A stretch of 64,000 nt of DNA, from NCBI GenBank assembly GCA_965249575.1, contig OZ252244.1, positions 3,712,001 to 3,776,000 on the forward strand, read 5' to 3'. Below, in pieces: positions 39,966-51,258 of the stretch. The notes under the pieces were generated by a model that worked only from the letters and a program-made list of their open reading frames with translations, had not been told where the DNA came from and ran no database searches. Each line of letters begins with the position of its first letter. Within the stretch, counting starts at the first letter, position 1. The position numbers were made by a program, and so were the translations under genes. This DNA comes from Gemmatimonadales bacterium (lineage in GTDB: Bacteria > Gemmatimonadota > Gemmatimonadetes > Gemmatimonadales > GWC2-71-9).

Positions 39966-40274
39966 ATGCCAAGTTCCACAAAGGCGAAGGTCAAGGTGCA
40001 GCCTCTCGGCGACCGGGTTGTCATTCGGCCGCTCGAGGAAACGGAGCAAATGCGGGGCGGACTCTACATTCCCGATACCGCCAAGGAAAAGCCACAGCAG
40101 GGTGAGATTGTGGCGGTGGGGCCAGGTCGGTTCGAGAAGAGTGATCGTGTTCCAATGGAGCTGAAGGTGGGGCAAAAGGTGCTGTATGGGAAGTACAGCG
40201 GAACGGAGGTCACGATCGACGACGAACAGCTATTGATCATCAAAGAGCCGGACGTCCTGGCCGTCATCGGCTGA
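39966..40274 (+). CDS. groES: Co-chaperonin GroES
   Basis: PLGDRVV, GGLYIPDTAKEKPQ and KYSGTEV motifs. Confidence 0.98.
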   Translation: MPSSTKAKVKVQPLGDRVVIRPLEETEQMRGGLYIPDTAKEKPQQGEIVAVGPGRFEKSDRVPMELKVGQKVLYGKYSGTEVTIDDEQLLIIKEPDVLAVIG

Positions 40275-40297
40275 GACAGTCTGCCAAGGGAGTCTGA

Positions 40298-41944
<1,647 letters not shown>

Positions 41945-41967
41945 GCTCCACGGCCACTTTAATCACT

Positions 41968-42008
41968 GCGAGCGCCTCGGAGATTTCCTCTGGGGCGTTC
42001 GTGTTTTT
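41968..42008 (+). terminator. Rho-independent terminator after groEL
   Basis: GAGCGCCTCGGAG-ATTTC-CTCTGGGGCGTTC followed by GTGTTTTT. Confidence 0.75.
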
Positions 42009-42072
42009 GGGGGGTGAGATGGCCGGGACCCATGAGGGTCGCATGGCGTATCATACTGTCGGGAGGTACCTT

Positions 42073-42465
42073 ATGCGTATGAAGTTAGGTGCTGTGCTGG
42101 TCGGCGCGGTCGCCCTGGGCATCGTGCCCGCCAGAGCGGCAGCTCAGTCGTCCGGCGCGAGGCTTGCAGGCACGTGGCGTGCGGAAACGCCAGATGGCCC
42201 GCGATCCATCGTCATTCGGCCCGACTCCTCAGCCAGCTTTGGTGAAGAAACGGTACGCTGGCGTGTGGTTGGTGACTCGATACACATCGCATTCGGCGAT
42301 GAGTGGATGGTTTATGCCTACGACATGCGCCGCGGTAAGCTCACGGTTTCAGGCGGGGACTTGGAGGAGCCCGTCATCCTCCAGCGGACGGGAGATCCGT
42401 CTCCCCGCCCTGACTCCGTCCCCGTGCCACCCCCGCCCCCGATCGAGCGGCGAGCCTCCTTGTAA
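42073..42465 (+). CDS. Small secreted beta-rich protein with Pro-rich tail
   Basis: GGAGG RBS; signal ending AAAQ; LAGTW motif of lipocalin-like folds. Confidence 0.75.
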   Translation: MRMKLGAVLVGAVALGIVPARAAAQSSGARLAGTWRAETPDGPRSIVIRPDSSASFGEETVRWRVVGDSIHIAFGDEWMVYAYDMRRGKLTVSGGDLEEPVILQRTGDPSPRPDSVPVPPPPPIERRASL

Positions 42466-42497
42466 GGACGCCGCACGCGGGGACCACGCCACCCGTA

Positions 42498-44642
42498 GTG
42501 GACGAGTCTAGCTCCCCGATTGCCCAGCCCGCCGCCGACCGTGCTGCCCTGTCACGGGAGCTCGGCGACCTCCTCATTGAGCTGTCGATCGGTCTGAACA
42601 AGTTTGCCATGTACCCGCCCGACCATCCCTCTCTGGGACCAGCCTCCGCCGCGCTCGAGCGGCGACTCGACCAGCTCTTGGAGCACAGGGGCTCGCTGTC
42701 CGTCGGAGTCGCGCGCCAGCAGTTGGTGATCGAGGGAGTGGCGACCGATCCCAAGAATCCCGTGTTGAAGGACCTAGCCGGACGCCTGCACCGGCACCAT
42801 TTGGGCGCCATCACGTTTGCCCACGGGGTCTCGTCCCAGGAAGTCCTGGAGTTCCTCGGGATTGTGTACGTCGACGCCGATCGATCGAGCAAACCGCTTG
42901 GGGTGGCGGTCAAAGAAGACGGCGTGCAGTGGCCGCACATTCGGCTGTTCCCGGTGATATACGACCGGCTGCAGCTCATGGGCGGCGAGGAGGACGAGGA
43001 CGAGCAGGCTCGTCAAGCAAGAACGCGCTCGGCGCGGCTCTGGATCGGCATGGCGCGCGCCGCGATGGCAGCGGAGGAGGCCACCGAGGCCGAACTCGTC
43101 CGACTCGAGAAGTACGGCGCCCGCGAGATCGAAGCCGAGGACGACGCCGAGGACGACGATTCAGTCGAGCCGGCCGCCGTCGCGACCGCAATCGAGCAGC
43201 GCGAGCGTGGAACAGCCTACGATCAGGTCATCGTTGGCTACATGCTGCAGATCGCTGAAGAGCTCCGGTCGGCGTCGGGCGTCGAGGCCTTGTCGCTCAG
43301 GAAGCGGATGTCGGAGCTCGTCAGTTCGCTTCAACCCCAGACCTTGCAGCGCCTCCTGGACATGGGAGGGGACACCGCTCAACGCCAGCGCTTTCTCCTC
43401 GACGCATCTCAAGGGATGGCTGTCGATGCGGTGCTCGACCTCGTTCAGGCGGCGAGCAACCAGGAGAGCCAGACGGTTTCACATTCACTGCTCCGGATGC
43501 TCCAGAAACTGGCGCACCACGCGGACGCCGGGCATGGTCAGCGACGGGTTGAGGCAGAGCACTCCGTGCGGGAGCAGGTTGGCGAGCTCATCCGCGGGTG
43601 GTCCCTCGACGACCCGAATCCGGATGCCTACCGGATTGGTCTGGAGCGGCTCTCGACGGCGCGGCCGCTGTTCACTGTTGCCCCTGATGCGATGTACGTC
43701 CCGGAGCCTCAGCGGCTGGTGCAGATGGCGCTCGAGGTCGACGTCGTGGGGGTTCCGGTGCGTCGCGCTGTGGACGAGTTGGTGCAATCTGGGCGACAGA
43801 AATGGATCATGGAGCCGCTCGAAGAAGCGGAGGCCCCGGGGGCTACGCCGTTGCTGTGGTCCCAGGTCGCCAGCCCCGACCGCATACGCAACGTCCTGAG
43901 CGAGGAACCCATCGACATCGGGGTTTTGGATAATCTGCTCTCGAAGGTGGGTTTTGCGGCGGCGGACGCGTTGCTGGATGGCCTGGCTGAAGCGGACTCG
44001 AGCCAGACTCGGAGACTGCTGCTCGACCGGTTGATCCGCCTGGGCTCGGAGGTCGGGCCACTCGTCGTCCAACGCCTGGAGGACGAGCGCTGGTACGTAT
44101 TGAGAAACAGCTTGTGGATCCTGAGCGAGCTGCCGGACTTACCGCGGGATTTCCGGCCTGGGGATTTCCTACAACATTCCGATGCTCGTGTCCGGCGTGA
44201 GGCCTATCGCATCATGTTCCGGCAGCCGGAGATTCGCGAGCGGGCGATTTGCCGTGGGCTCGTCGACTCCGACGAGCGAACGGTGCGATTGGCCCTCGGA
44301 TCGGCACTCGGGGATTGTCCGGGGGCGGCGGTTCCACTGGTAGTGTCGCGTGCCACCGGGGGCGGGAGCGACGATCAACGAGTGGCGGCGGTGCGTGTCT
44401 TGGGCACGAGCAAGCATGAGCTCGGCTTGGCAGCTCTGCTCTCGATCACTGCGCGGCGACGCAGAAGCTTCATCGGCGCGAAGGCCCCGCCGAAATCCCC
44501 GGTATACCTAGCGGCATTGGCGGCCCTCCACCACTTCCCGGACGACACCCGGGCTCGCCAGGTACTCGCGCAGGCTGCGCGGTCAAAGGACACCGACGTC
44601 TCGCGCGCAGCTGTCGGAGAGGAAATGAACCCCGACACCTGA
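42498..44642 (+). CDS. HEAT-repeat-containing protein
   Basis: C-terminal LEDERWYVLRN, HSDARVRREA and DSDERTVRLA repeats; YPPDHP N-terminal domain. Confidence 0.8.
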   Translation: MDESSSPIAQPAADRAALSRELGDLLIELSIGLNKFAMYPPDHPSLGPASAALERRLDQLLEHRGSLSVGVARQQLVIEGVATDPKNPVLKDLAGRLHRHHLGAITFAHGVSSQEVLEFLGIVYVDADRSSKPLGVAVKEDGVQWPHIRLFPVIYDRLQLMGGEEDEDEQARQARTRSARLWIGMARAAMAAEEATEAELVRLEKYGAREIEAEDDAEDDDSVEPAAVATAIEQRERGTAYDQVIVGYMLQIAEELRSASGVEALSLRKRMSELVSSLQPQTLQRLLDMGGDTAQRQRFLLDASQGMAVDAVLDLVQAASNQESQTVSHSLLRMLQKLAHHADAGHGQRRVEAEHSVREQVGELIRGWSLDDPNPDAYRIGLERLSTARPLFTVAPDAMYVPEPQRLVQMALEVDVVGVPVRRAVDELVQSGRQKWIMEPLEEAEAPGATPLLWSQVASPDRIRNVLSEEPIDIGVLDNLLSKVGFAAADALLDGLAEADSSQTRRLLLDRLIRLGSEVGPLVVQRLEDERWYVLRNSLWILSELPDLPRDFRPGDFLQHSDARVRREAYRIMFRQPEIRERAICRGLVDSDERTVRLALGSALGDCPGAAVPLVVSRATGGGSDDQRVAAVRVLGTSKHELGLAALLSITARRRRSFIGAKAPPKSPVYLAALAALHHFPDDTRARQVLAQAARSKDTDVSRAAVGEEMNPDT

Positions 44643-45811
44643 TGTCCGAAGCCGCCGGCCTCCTCAATGCGATCGCACAGGCGCTCTCGGCACTGTCTCT
44701 GTACCCGGAAGGGCACAGCACCAGAGAGCGGGCTCTCGACTCCGTGTACGAACGCCTGGGCCTCCTCCTCAGCACGAATCCGAGACCACGCTTCTCCTTC
44801 CTCGGGGAGGAAGTGGTATATGGCGACGAACCGCTCAAGGAGATGCGCGGGTGGGACTGGAGCACACGGCTATCCGATCTGGGCATTCGGCGACTGCAGT
44901 TTGATTCTACGGTTACCCGCGAGGAGCTCGAGGGGTTTCTCGATGAGCTCCTCGCTCGCCTTACTTTGAGCGCGATCGACACGAGCGAAGCGCGGCAGAT
45001 GCGCCCGAGTGGCATCCAGTGGGGAGCGATCGGGATTCGAGGGGAGGAACGCGTGGGGGGCGGAGACATTCAAACCGCGACCATCGCTTTTACGCTCCAC
45101 GAGGAGGCGGAGACGGTCCGGTGGCTTCACGACGAGATCTCGACCGGTCACGATCTACCACTCACCGAGGCCGAGGCGGTGGTTCGCGCGCTGTCAGTGG
45201 CGATGCACGGAGATCAGCGCCTGATCCTGCCGCTTCTCAAGCTACGCAACTTCGACGAGTACACGACGACCCACTCGCTCAACGTCGCGGTCTTGACCAT
45301 GGGACTGGGCGAATGGCTCGGACTCGGTGCCCAGGATGTGCGCACGTTTGGCATCGCGGGCTTGTTGCACGACCTGGGGAAGGTCAAGATACCAAAGGAC
45401 ATCTTGAACAAGGCTGGCAAGCTCGAGCCCAATGAGCGAGCAGTGATGAACAGTCATCCGGTGGAAGGCGCCCGCCTGATCATCGCGACCGAACAGGAAT
45501 TGGATTTGGCAGCCGTGGTCGCCTACGAGCATCACATCATGTTGAATGGTGGGGGCTATCCGACAATGCGCTATCAGCGCGATTGCCATTGGGCCAGTAA
45601 GCTCGTGCACGTCTGCGATGTCTACGATGCACTGCGTACGAATCGTCCGTATCGGGATGCCTGGCCTTCCGACAAAGTGCTTGCGTATCTAGAGGAGCGC
45701 TCCGGAGCGGAGTTTGATGGAACGGTGGCTCACGCTTTTACCCAGATGATTTATGAGCGAGAAGGCGTCGTCGCTCAGCTCGAAGAGGAGGAGCCGGTTC
45801 CCACTGAGTAG
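44642..45811 (+). CDS. HD-GYP domain cyclic-dinucleotide phosphodiesterase
   Basis: YTTTHSLNV, LLHDLGK, HPVEG, EHH...GGGYP and DVYDAL..RPYR motifs. Confidence 0.92.
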   Translation: MSEAAGLLNAIAQALSALSLYPEGHSTRERALDSVYERLGLLLSTNPRPRFSFLGEEVVYGDEPLKEMRGWDWSTRLSDLGIRRLQFDSTVTREELEGFLDELLARLTLSAIDTSEARQMRPSGIQWGAIGIRGEERVGGGDIQTATIAFTLHEEAETVRWLHDEISTGHDLPLTEAEAVVRALSVAMHGDQRLILPLLKLRNFDEYTTTHSLNVAVLTMGLGEWLGLGAQDVRTFGIAGLLHDLGKVKIPKDILNKAGKLEPNERAVMNSHPVEGARLIIATEQELDLAAVVAYEHHIMLNGGGYPTMRYQRDCHWASKLVHVCDVYDALRTNRPYRDAWPSDKVLAYLEERSGAEFDGTVAHAFTQMIYEREGVVAQLEEEEPVPTE

Positions 45812-45819
45812 CACCGGGT

Positions 45820-46614
45820 TCAGCTGGTCGAACCAGCCGGCCCTACCGCAAATGGAGGCAATGGGTCGCCCTGCGCCGCCACGAGTACTGACCCGCGAAA
45901 TCCGAGCGGCTTGAGCGCCATACGAGCGGCGGTCTCGGCCAAGTCGGCGCGATTGCAGTTGTCGCTCAAATGGGCTAGCACGACCGTGGCCAGTCCGTCG
46001 TGGTACAGGTCTGAAAGCAAATCTGCGGCCGCCCGATTCGAGAGGTGCCCCTCAACGCCCGCAATGCGCCGTCGCACGGACGGGGGATAGGGACCGGTCC
46101 GCAACATCAAGTCATCGTGGTTGGACTCGATGATCAGGCACGTAGCCCCTCGCAAGAGGTACCGAAGCACGCCGGTGGGCCGACCCACATCGTATGCGAT
46201 TCCAACGCGCTGGCCCGGCTCCGGCCCGTCGAAAACGAGCGCCAGAGGCTCGGCGGCATCATGGGTTGTGCGGCATCCAGTCACGGTTACCGCCCCAATG
46301 AGGTTCGGAGCGAGCGGCTGGAGGGGAATGGTCGGGGCTTCGCCCAACCGTTTCTGCAGCGCCTTGAGGGTACCCTGCGACGCGTAGACCGGGCACTGGG
46401 CCCGCCGGGCGATCCCGGCGGCGCCTCGAGCGTGGTCGGCGTGCTCGTGCGTCACGACGACGCCGCTCAGAGTGCGCAGGTCAACGTCGATATCCCGCGC
46501 GCGGCGCGTCAGGAGCCGCGGTGAAAATCCAGCATCCACGAGGATGCGAGCTCCCTTCGCCTCGATGAGAATGGCGTTACCGCTGCTCCCGGATCCGAGC
46601 ACCGTAACTCTCAT
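45820..46614 (-). CDS. MBL-fold metallohydrolase (YycJ/WalJ-like)
   Basis: LGSGSSGN, THEHADH, HDAAEP, ESNHD, GHLSN and LAHLS motifs. Confidence 0.92.
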   Translation of the reverse strand: MRVTVLGSGSSGNAILIEAKGARILVDAGFSPRLLTRRARDIDVDLRTLSGVVVTHEHADHARGAAGIARRAQCPVYASQGTLKALQKRLGEAPTIPLQPLAPNLIGAVTVTGCRTTHDAAEPLALVFDGPEPGQRVGIAYDVGRPTGVLRYLLRGATCLIIESNHDDLMLRTGPYPPSVRRRIAGVEGHLSNRAAADLLSDLYHDGLATVVLAHLSDNCNRADLAETAARMALKPLGFRGSVLVAAQGDPLPPFAVGPAGSTS

Positions 46615-47780
46615 CGAGTGACGCTGTGGTCGTAAATGGCACCCAGCATGTCGCGGACGGCCTTGGTGAATGCCACGTTCCTCCTGGGCAGCACCCGTTC
46701 CGCAGTCGTGAGAAACCCATCCCGGCGGGTTCGGTCGCCCGCGGAGCCCCACGCAAATGGCGGGATGTAGCGCGGAGGGTGTGTCGCACCGAATACGTTG
46801 GCGCCGGTGCCAACGGCGGATCCGGTGCCAAAGAGCGTACCGATCGCGGTCTTCACGTGATCGCCTATGATGCCGCCGAGGAACTGCCGATCCGTTTCCA
46901 CTCGCTCGTCGTCGATCTTGAGAGCGACGGTTCCATAGGTGTTCTTCAGGTTGGAGGTGATGGTGCCGGCCCCCAGGTTGGACCAGCGTCCGATCACGGA
47001 GTGACCGACGAACCCGTCGTGAGCCTTGTTCGCATAACCCAGAAGAACGGTGGAGTGCATCTCCCCCCGGATCTTCGAGCTGGGCCCGAGGCTGCAACGG
47101 GAAATAGGGCCGCCCAGCACCTCGCATCCCGCCCCGACGTAGAGCGGCCCCTCGAGTCGGGTCCCTGATTTGACGTAACTCTGCTGTTCGAGCACGATGG
47201 CGCCCTGGCGAACGTCGAAGGTGACGCCTGGCTCGACGAAGGCTCCCAGTATGACGACTTCAGCGGGATCCCCGATGACGACGCAGCCGTCCGGAACCGG
47301 GTCCCCCTGTTCTTGTGTGAAGTCGGCCACGTCAGGAGCCAGAAGATGCTCGAGCGCCGTCACGAGATCGAAGCTGCCGCGGAGCACCACGCCCTCCACC
47401 TCGACCTCAGGCCCGTCATTGTGCGCCCCATCCCACGATGCGTCCGCGGGAACGGACCAGCCCACGGTTCTCCCCTCGTTTGTGAGGCGTGCCGGGCGGT
47501 CCGGTAAATCGGGATGAGTACCCGAGGGGGCGAAGTCCGAGCGTCCGATGATGGTTGGTCCGGTGACGGGCGAGATCGTGCGGACGGGTGGGACGCCATT
47601 CTCGGAGAATTTCTCTAGGTGCGAGGAGCCGAATATCGCGCCGGTCTCCCCGCCAGCGATCGCCTCCCATCGCTCGCGGATGAGCCACGCGCCGGCACGC
47701 AATTCGCAAATCGGTCGTGAGTCAGCAAATGGGAACCAGGCGGCCGCCGCTGGTGGATCGAGCAGGATTAAGTCGGTCAC
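46611..47780 (-). CDS. GlmU-like putative sugar nucleotidyltransferase/hexapeptide acyltransferase
   Basis: RPICELRAG N-terminus; NKAHDGFVGHS and NLGAGTITSNLKN left-handed beta-helix. Confidence 0.82.
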   Translation of the reverse strand: MTDLILLDPPAAAAWFPFADSRPICELRAGAWLIRERWEAIAGGETGAIFGSSHLEKFSENGVPPVRTISPVTGPTIIGRSDFAPSGTHPDLPDRPARLTNEGRTVGWSVPADASWDGAHNDGPEVEVEGVVLRGSFDLVTALEHLLAPDVADFTQEQGDPVPDGCVVIGDPAEVVILGAFVEPGVTFDVRQGAIVLEQQSYVKSGTRLEGPLYVGAGCEVLGGPISRCSLGPSSKIRGEMHSTVLLGYANKAHDGFVGHSVIGRWSNLGAGTITSNLKNTYGTVALKIDDERVETDRQFLGGIIGDHVKTAIGTLFGTGSAVGTGANVFGATHPPRYIPPFAWGSAGDRTRRDGFLTTAERVLPRRNVAFTKAVRDMLGAIYDHSVTR

Positions 47781-48814
47781 GGGGTGAGGTCGCGGAGGTC
47801 AGGGGGCAGGACATCGAACAGCTCCTTGAGGGTAGCCGCCCGTTCACGTGTGGTAACCAGCACCACCCCATTGGCCCGAACGACGACGGCGTTCTCGGTA
47901 CCGTACATGACGATCGGGCCGTCGTCGGCCCACGCGACCGACCCCGAGGCCTCGAGCTGAAAAACCTCTCCGACGATCGTGTTGCCTGCATCGTCCGAGG
48001 GCCGCACGCGGCTCAGCGCGCTCCAGGTCCCGACATCATCCCAGGGAAAGCGACCAGGGACGACCGCGACTCGGCTGCTGCGCTCGTAGTGAGAAAGGTC
48101 GACGGCAATTGGCGTGACCGAATCGAAAAACGAGGAAACATCCTCAAGTCGAAGCAGCTCAAGGTGGGGCGCGAGCTCGGGAGCGCAGTCGCGCGCCTCC
48201 GCAAGAAAGCGGTTCGCGGTCCACGCGAATAGTCCGCTGTTCCAGAGCGCGCCGGCTTTCGTGAGTTCAGTGGCCCGTTCTGCGCTCGGCTTCTCGACGA
48301 ACCGCTGCACGGTTCGAATGTCCCGCTCGAGGACCTCACCTGGAACGATGTGGCCGTATCCGGGCTCGGGACGCGTGGGCACGATACCGACGGTGACGAG
48401 CACGTCGTGCCGTTCGGCGGTGCTCAAGGCTTCCTCCGCGGTCTGACGGAACGCGCGATCGTCGCCCACAACCCAGTCCGCGTGGAGAGAAAGAATGGTG
48501 GCATCGGGATCGCGCCCGGCCGCTACGGTCGTCGCCCAGGTGAGCGCCGGTGCGGTCGAGGCGGGCCTCGGCTCAGCCAGGACGTTCCCAGGTGGCAGGC
48601 TCGGCAGGAGCCGTGCGGTGTGCTCTCTCAACGAACGGGATGTCACCACGAGCACGCGCTCCGGCGGAATGAGTCCGGCAAGCCGGTCGAACGCCTGGAC
48701 AAGCAGGGGGGTGTGTCCCGCGAGGGCGAGCATCTGTTTGGGTGTCACGGCGGTCGAGAGGGGCCAAAACCGCGTACCGGATCCTCCGGCGAGGAGCACG
48801 GCCCACCGACTCAT
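47777..48814 (-). CDS. manC: Mannose-1-phosphate guanylyltransferase
   Basis: LAGGSGTRFWPLS, PKQ, GYGHI, FVEKP, WNSG and WDDVGTW motifs. Confidence 0.92.
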   Translation of the reverse strand: MSRWAVLLAGGSGTRFWPLSTAVTPKQMLALAGHTPLLVQAFDRLAGLIPPERVLVVTSRSLREHTARLLPSLPPGNVLAEPRPASTAPALTWATTVAAGRDPDATILSLHADWVVGDDRAFRQTAEEALSTAERHDVLVTVGIVPTRPEPGYGHIVPGEVLERDIRTVQRFVEKPSAERATELTKAGALWNSGLFAWTANRFLAEARDCAPELAPHLELLRLEDVSSFFDSVTPIAVDLSHYERSSRVAVVPGRFPWDDVGTWSALSRVRPSDDAGNTIVGEVFQLEASGSVAWADDGPIVMYGTENAVVVRANGVVLVTTRERAATLKELFDVLPPDLRDLTP

Positions 48815-48948
48815 GACACCCGCTCCCCAATACCGTGGCACACTGGGACCGGCAGCCCGAACATGATGGGGTGCGGCAGTGTGGCGGTGATGGGGCTCGA
48901 AAGGGGCCCGGGCGGGCGAGTGTGGCGGACGGGAGGCTCCCGCACCGC

Positions 48949-49302
48949 CTAGAGCAGGCCGGCGATAGCCGACTGGTGACGCCTAAGCTCGTAGAGCAGC
49001 GATCCTACGTTCACGTCGGGGCGAACGAAGAGGGCGAGCATGGCTTCAGTGGTCAGCACCGTGACGACGATCAGCCCCTGCAAGAACTCTACGACACCGG
49101 AGGCAAACTCTCCGCGAGATGCCGCCCCACCCAGCCGATTGCACGCGGCCATCACCGACGGCACCAGGGCCGCGAGGCCCTCGGTGTCGAGTCCATCCGT
49201 TGCGGCGGAATCGATGGGGAGTCCGTCCCGGCCGAGGACGATCACGGCGTCTACCCCGTCCCGGCGGCTCAAGCTCTGCACCACGTCTCGAATGGTTGGC
49301 AT
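48949..49302 (-). CDS. Roadblock/LC7 (MglB-like) protein
   Basis: GVDAVIVLGRDGLPI and NVGSLLYEL motifs. Confidence 0.85.
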   Translation of the reverse strand: MPTIRDVVQSLSRRDGVDAVIVLGRDGLPIDSAATDGLDTEGLAALVPSVMAACNRLGGAASRGEFASGVVEFLQGLIVVTVLTTEAMLALFVRPDVNVGSLLYELRRHQSAIAGLL

Positions 49303-49309
49303 CGGCGCC

Positions 49310-49381
49310 AAGCTAGAATTCACCCACACCGAAGTCAAGGCGCCACGGCGCCTTGACCGCGTTTCGGGGGCGCGCTAAAGT
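49310..49381. promoter_or_regulatory. Back-to-back sigma-70-type promoters around an 11-bp-arm palindrome
   Basis: Minus: TTGACT (49338-49333)-N17-TAGCTT (49315-49310). Plus: TTGACC (49353-49358)-N17-TAAAGT (49376-49381). Confidence 0.65.
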
Positions 49382-49394
49382 TCTTCGTACTTCG

Positions 49395-49973
49395 ATGCGT
49401 GTCGCGGTGTTCGCTCGGTTGGCGTACGGGTTGCTGATCTTGTTCGCCGGGGTGGTGATCGCTGCCTGCGATGACCCCCTCGCCTTGCTGCCTGCGATTA
49501 ACGAGAACCGCGTCGATACACTCTCCCTCTTCGCGCTCCAGAATACCCCGGTTGCGTCACCCAGCGCATTCGACATTCTCAGTGGTGACCCAGTCCGTAC
49601 CGATCAACGACGGGCATTCGACTTCGCGTTCGATATGGATGCGGTTGGGACGCCATTCGCGATCCCCCCGGGGGCGCTGGGTCTGCCTCCCGAACCGGGC
49701 GTGCTACCTTCCGATTCGGTGTTCGAAGCCATCCGCAGCGCTCCGCTCGAGGGATACATAACTGATCAAAGCGTGCCCCTGGGGCTCGGGTCAGTGTTTG
49801 TCGTCCGCTCGAGACTGAGTTTCGACGGTTGCGGCCTGACGGGCTCGCTCCCCCGGTACGGTAAGTTCCGCATCCTCGCGTTGGACCAACAGGCCCGAAC
49901 CGTGACGCTCGAAGTGCTGGTGAATCGAAACTGCGGGTATCGCAGCCTCGAGCCGGGCCTGCCCACCTCCTGA
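49395..49973 (+). CDS. Hypothetical lipoprotein
   Basis: VIAAC lipobox; FDFAFD, YGKF and NCGYRSL. Confidence 0.78.
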   Translation: MRVAVFARLAYGLLILFAGVVIAACDDPLALLPAINENRVDTLSLFALQNTPVASPSAFDILSGDPVRTDQRRAFDFAFDMDAVGTPFAIPPGALGLPPEPGVLPSDSVFEAIRSAPLEGYITDQSVPLGLGSVFVVRSRLSFDGCGLTGSLPRYGKFRILALDQQARTVTLEVLVNRNCGYRSLEPGLPTS

Positions 49974-49977
49974 TTTC

Positions 49978-51258
49978 GTGATTGACATTCGGCTCTTGCG
50001 CGAGTCGCCCGATGAGTTTCGAGCGGCCGCCGCGCGTCGGCACGGAGACGTGGACGGGTTGCTGGATGAGATCCTCGCGCTGGATGCGAAACGCCGGGAG
50101 ATGCTCGGCCGCGTCGAGAAGCTCAAGGCGCAGCGCAACAAGGCGAACGAAGACGTTGCGCGACTCCGGAGAGCCGGTGAGGATGCCTCGGCTCGGCGCT
50201 CGGGACTCAAAGAACTGAGCGACGAGGTGAAAGCTATGGATCGGGAGGTTCGGGCGGTTGAGGTCGATCTTGCTCGAGCCGCGCTACAGGTCCCAAACGT
50301 GTTGCTGACGGACGTGCCCGATGGGGGGGCAGCGGACAATCTGGTGCTGCGAACGTGGGGTGAGCGGCCGGACTTCGATTTCGAGCCCAAACCGCATTGG
50401 CAGCTCGGAGAGACACTCGGGATCATCGATCTTCCACGGGGCGCGAAGGTAACCGGTACCGGATTTCCCGTTTTCTGTGGAGCTGGGGCGCGACTCGTTC
50501 GGGCACTCGTCAATTTCATGCTCGATCTACACACGGACCAAAACGGCTACCGAGAAGTCGCGCCGCCATTCCTGGTGAACGACGATTCCGCGCGCGGGAC
50601 CGGCCAGCTGCCCGACCTCGAGCGCAATATGTACGTTACCGAGGACGGGCTCTATCTCGTGCCGACGGCAGAGGTACCGGTTACGAACCTGCATCGTGAC
50701 GAGATCGTGGCGGCCGAGGATTTGCCCTGTGGGTATGTGGCCTACACCCCCTGCTTTCGTCGCGAGGCAGGGGCCCACGGGAAAGATACCCGCGGACTGA
50801 TACGACTACATCAATTCGACAAAGTGGAGCTCGTCCGGTTTTGCGCACCGGAGGACTCACCTGCAGAGCACGACATCCTCCTGGGACATGCCGAAGCCGT
50901 GCTCCAAAAGTTGAATCTACCGTACCGGACTGTGCTGCTCGCCGCGGGTGACACGGGCTTCGCCAGTGCCAAGACTTACGACCTCGAGGTGTGGGCAGCC
51001 GGGGTCGGCACGTGGCTCGAAGCCTCGAGTGCGAGCACCTTTACGAATTTTCAGGCCCGACGTGCGAATATCCGGTACCGACCTCGTCCCGATACCAAGC
51101 CAGAGTTCGTACACACGTTGAACGCGTCGGGTGTTGCCTTGCCGCGGACCATCGTGGCACTCTTGGAAAACAACCAGCAAAGGGACGGTTCGGTGCGGGT
51201 GCCGGAGGTGTTGGTCGAGTACCTCGGCACGGAGTGGCTGAAGCCTGGTGGATCGTAG
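49978..51258 (+). CDS. serS: Serine--tRNA ligase
   Basis: GTGQLP, PTAEVP, CFRREAG, RLHQFDKVE and HTLNASG motifs. Confidence 0.98.
   Translation: MIDIRLLRESPDEFRAAAARRHGDVDGLLDEILALDAKRREMLGRVEKLKAQRNKANEDVARLRRAGEDASARRSGLKELSDEVKAMDREVRAVEVDLARAALQVPNVLLTDVPDGGAADNLVLRTWGERPDFDFEPKPHWQLGETLGIIDLPRGAKVTGTGFPVFCGAGARLVRALVNFMLDLHTDQNGYREVAPPFLVNDDSARGTGQLPDLERNMYVTEDGLYLVPTAEVPVTNLHRDEIVAAEDLPCGYVAYTPCFRREAGAHGKDTRGLIRLHQFDKVELVRFCAPEDSPAEHDILLGHAEAVLQKLNLPYRTVLLAAGDTGFASAKTYDLEVWAAGVGTWLEASSASTFTNFQARRANIRYRPRPDTKPEFVHTLNASGVALPRTIVALLENNQQRDGSVRVPEVLVEYLGTEWLKPGGS

Noticed and set aside
49978..51258. serS as support for the selenoprotein
   Set aside because: SerRS charges tRNA-Sec but is universal and 11 kb away, so it is not evidence for Sec use.
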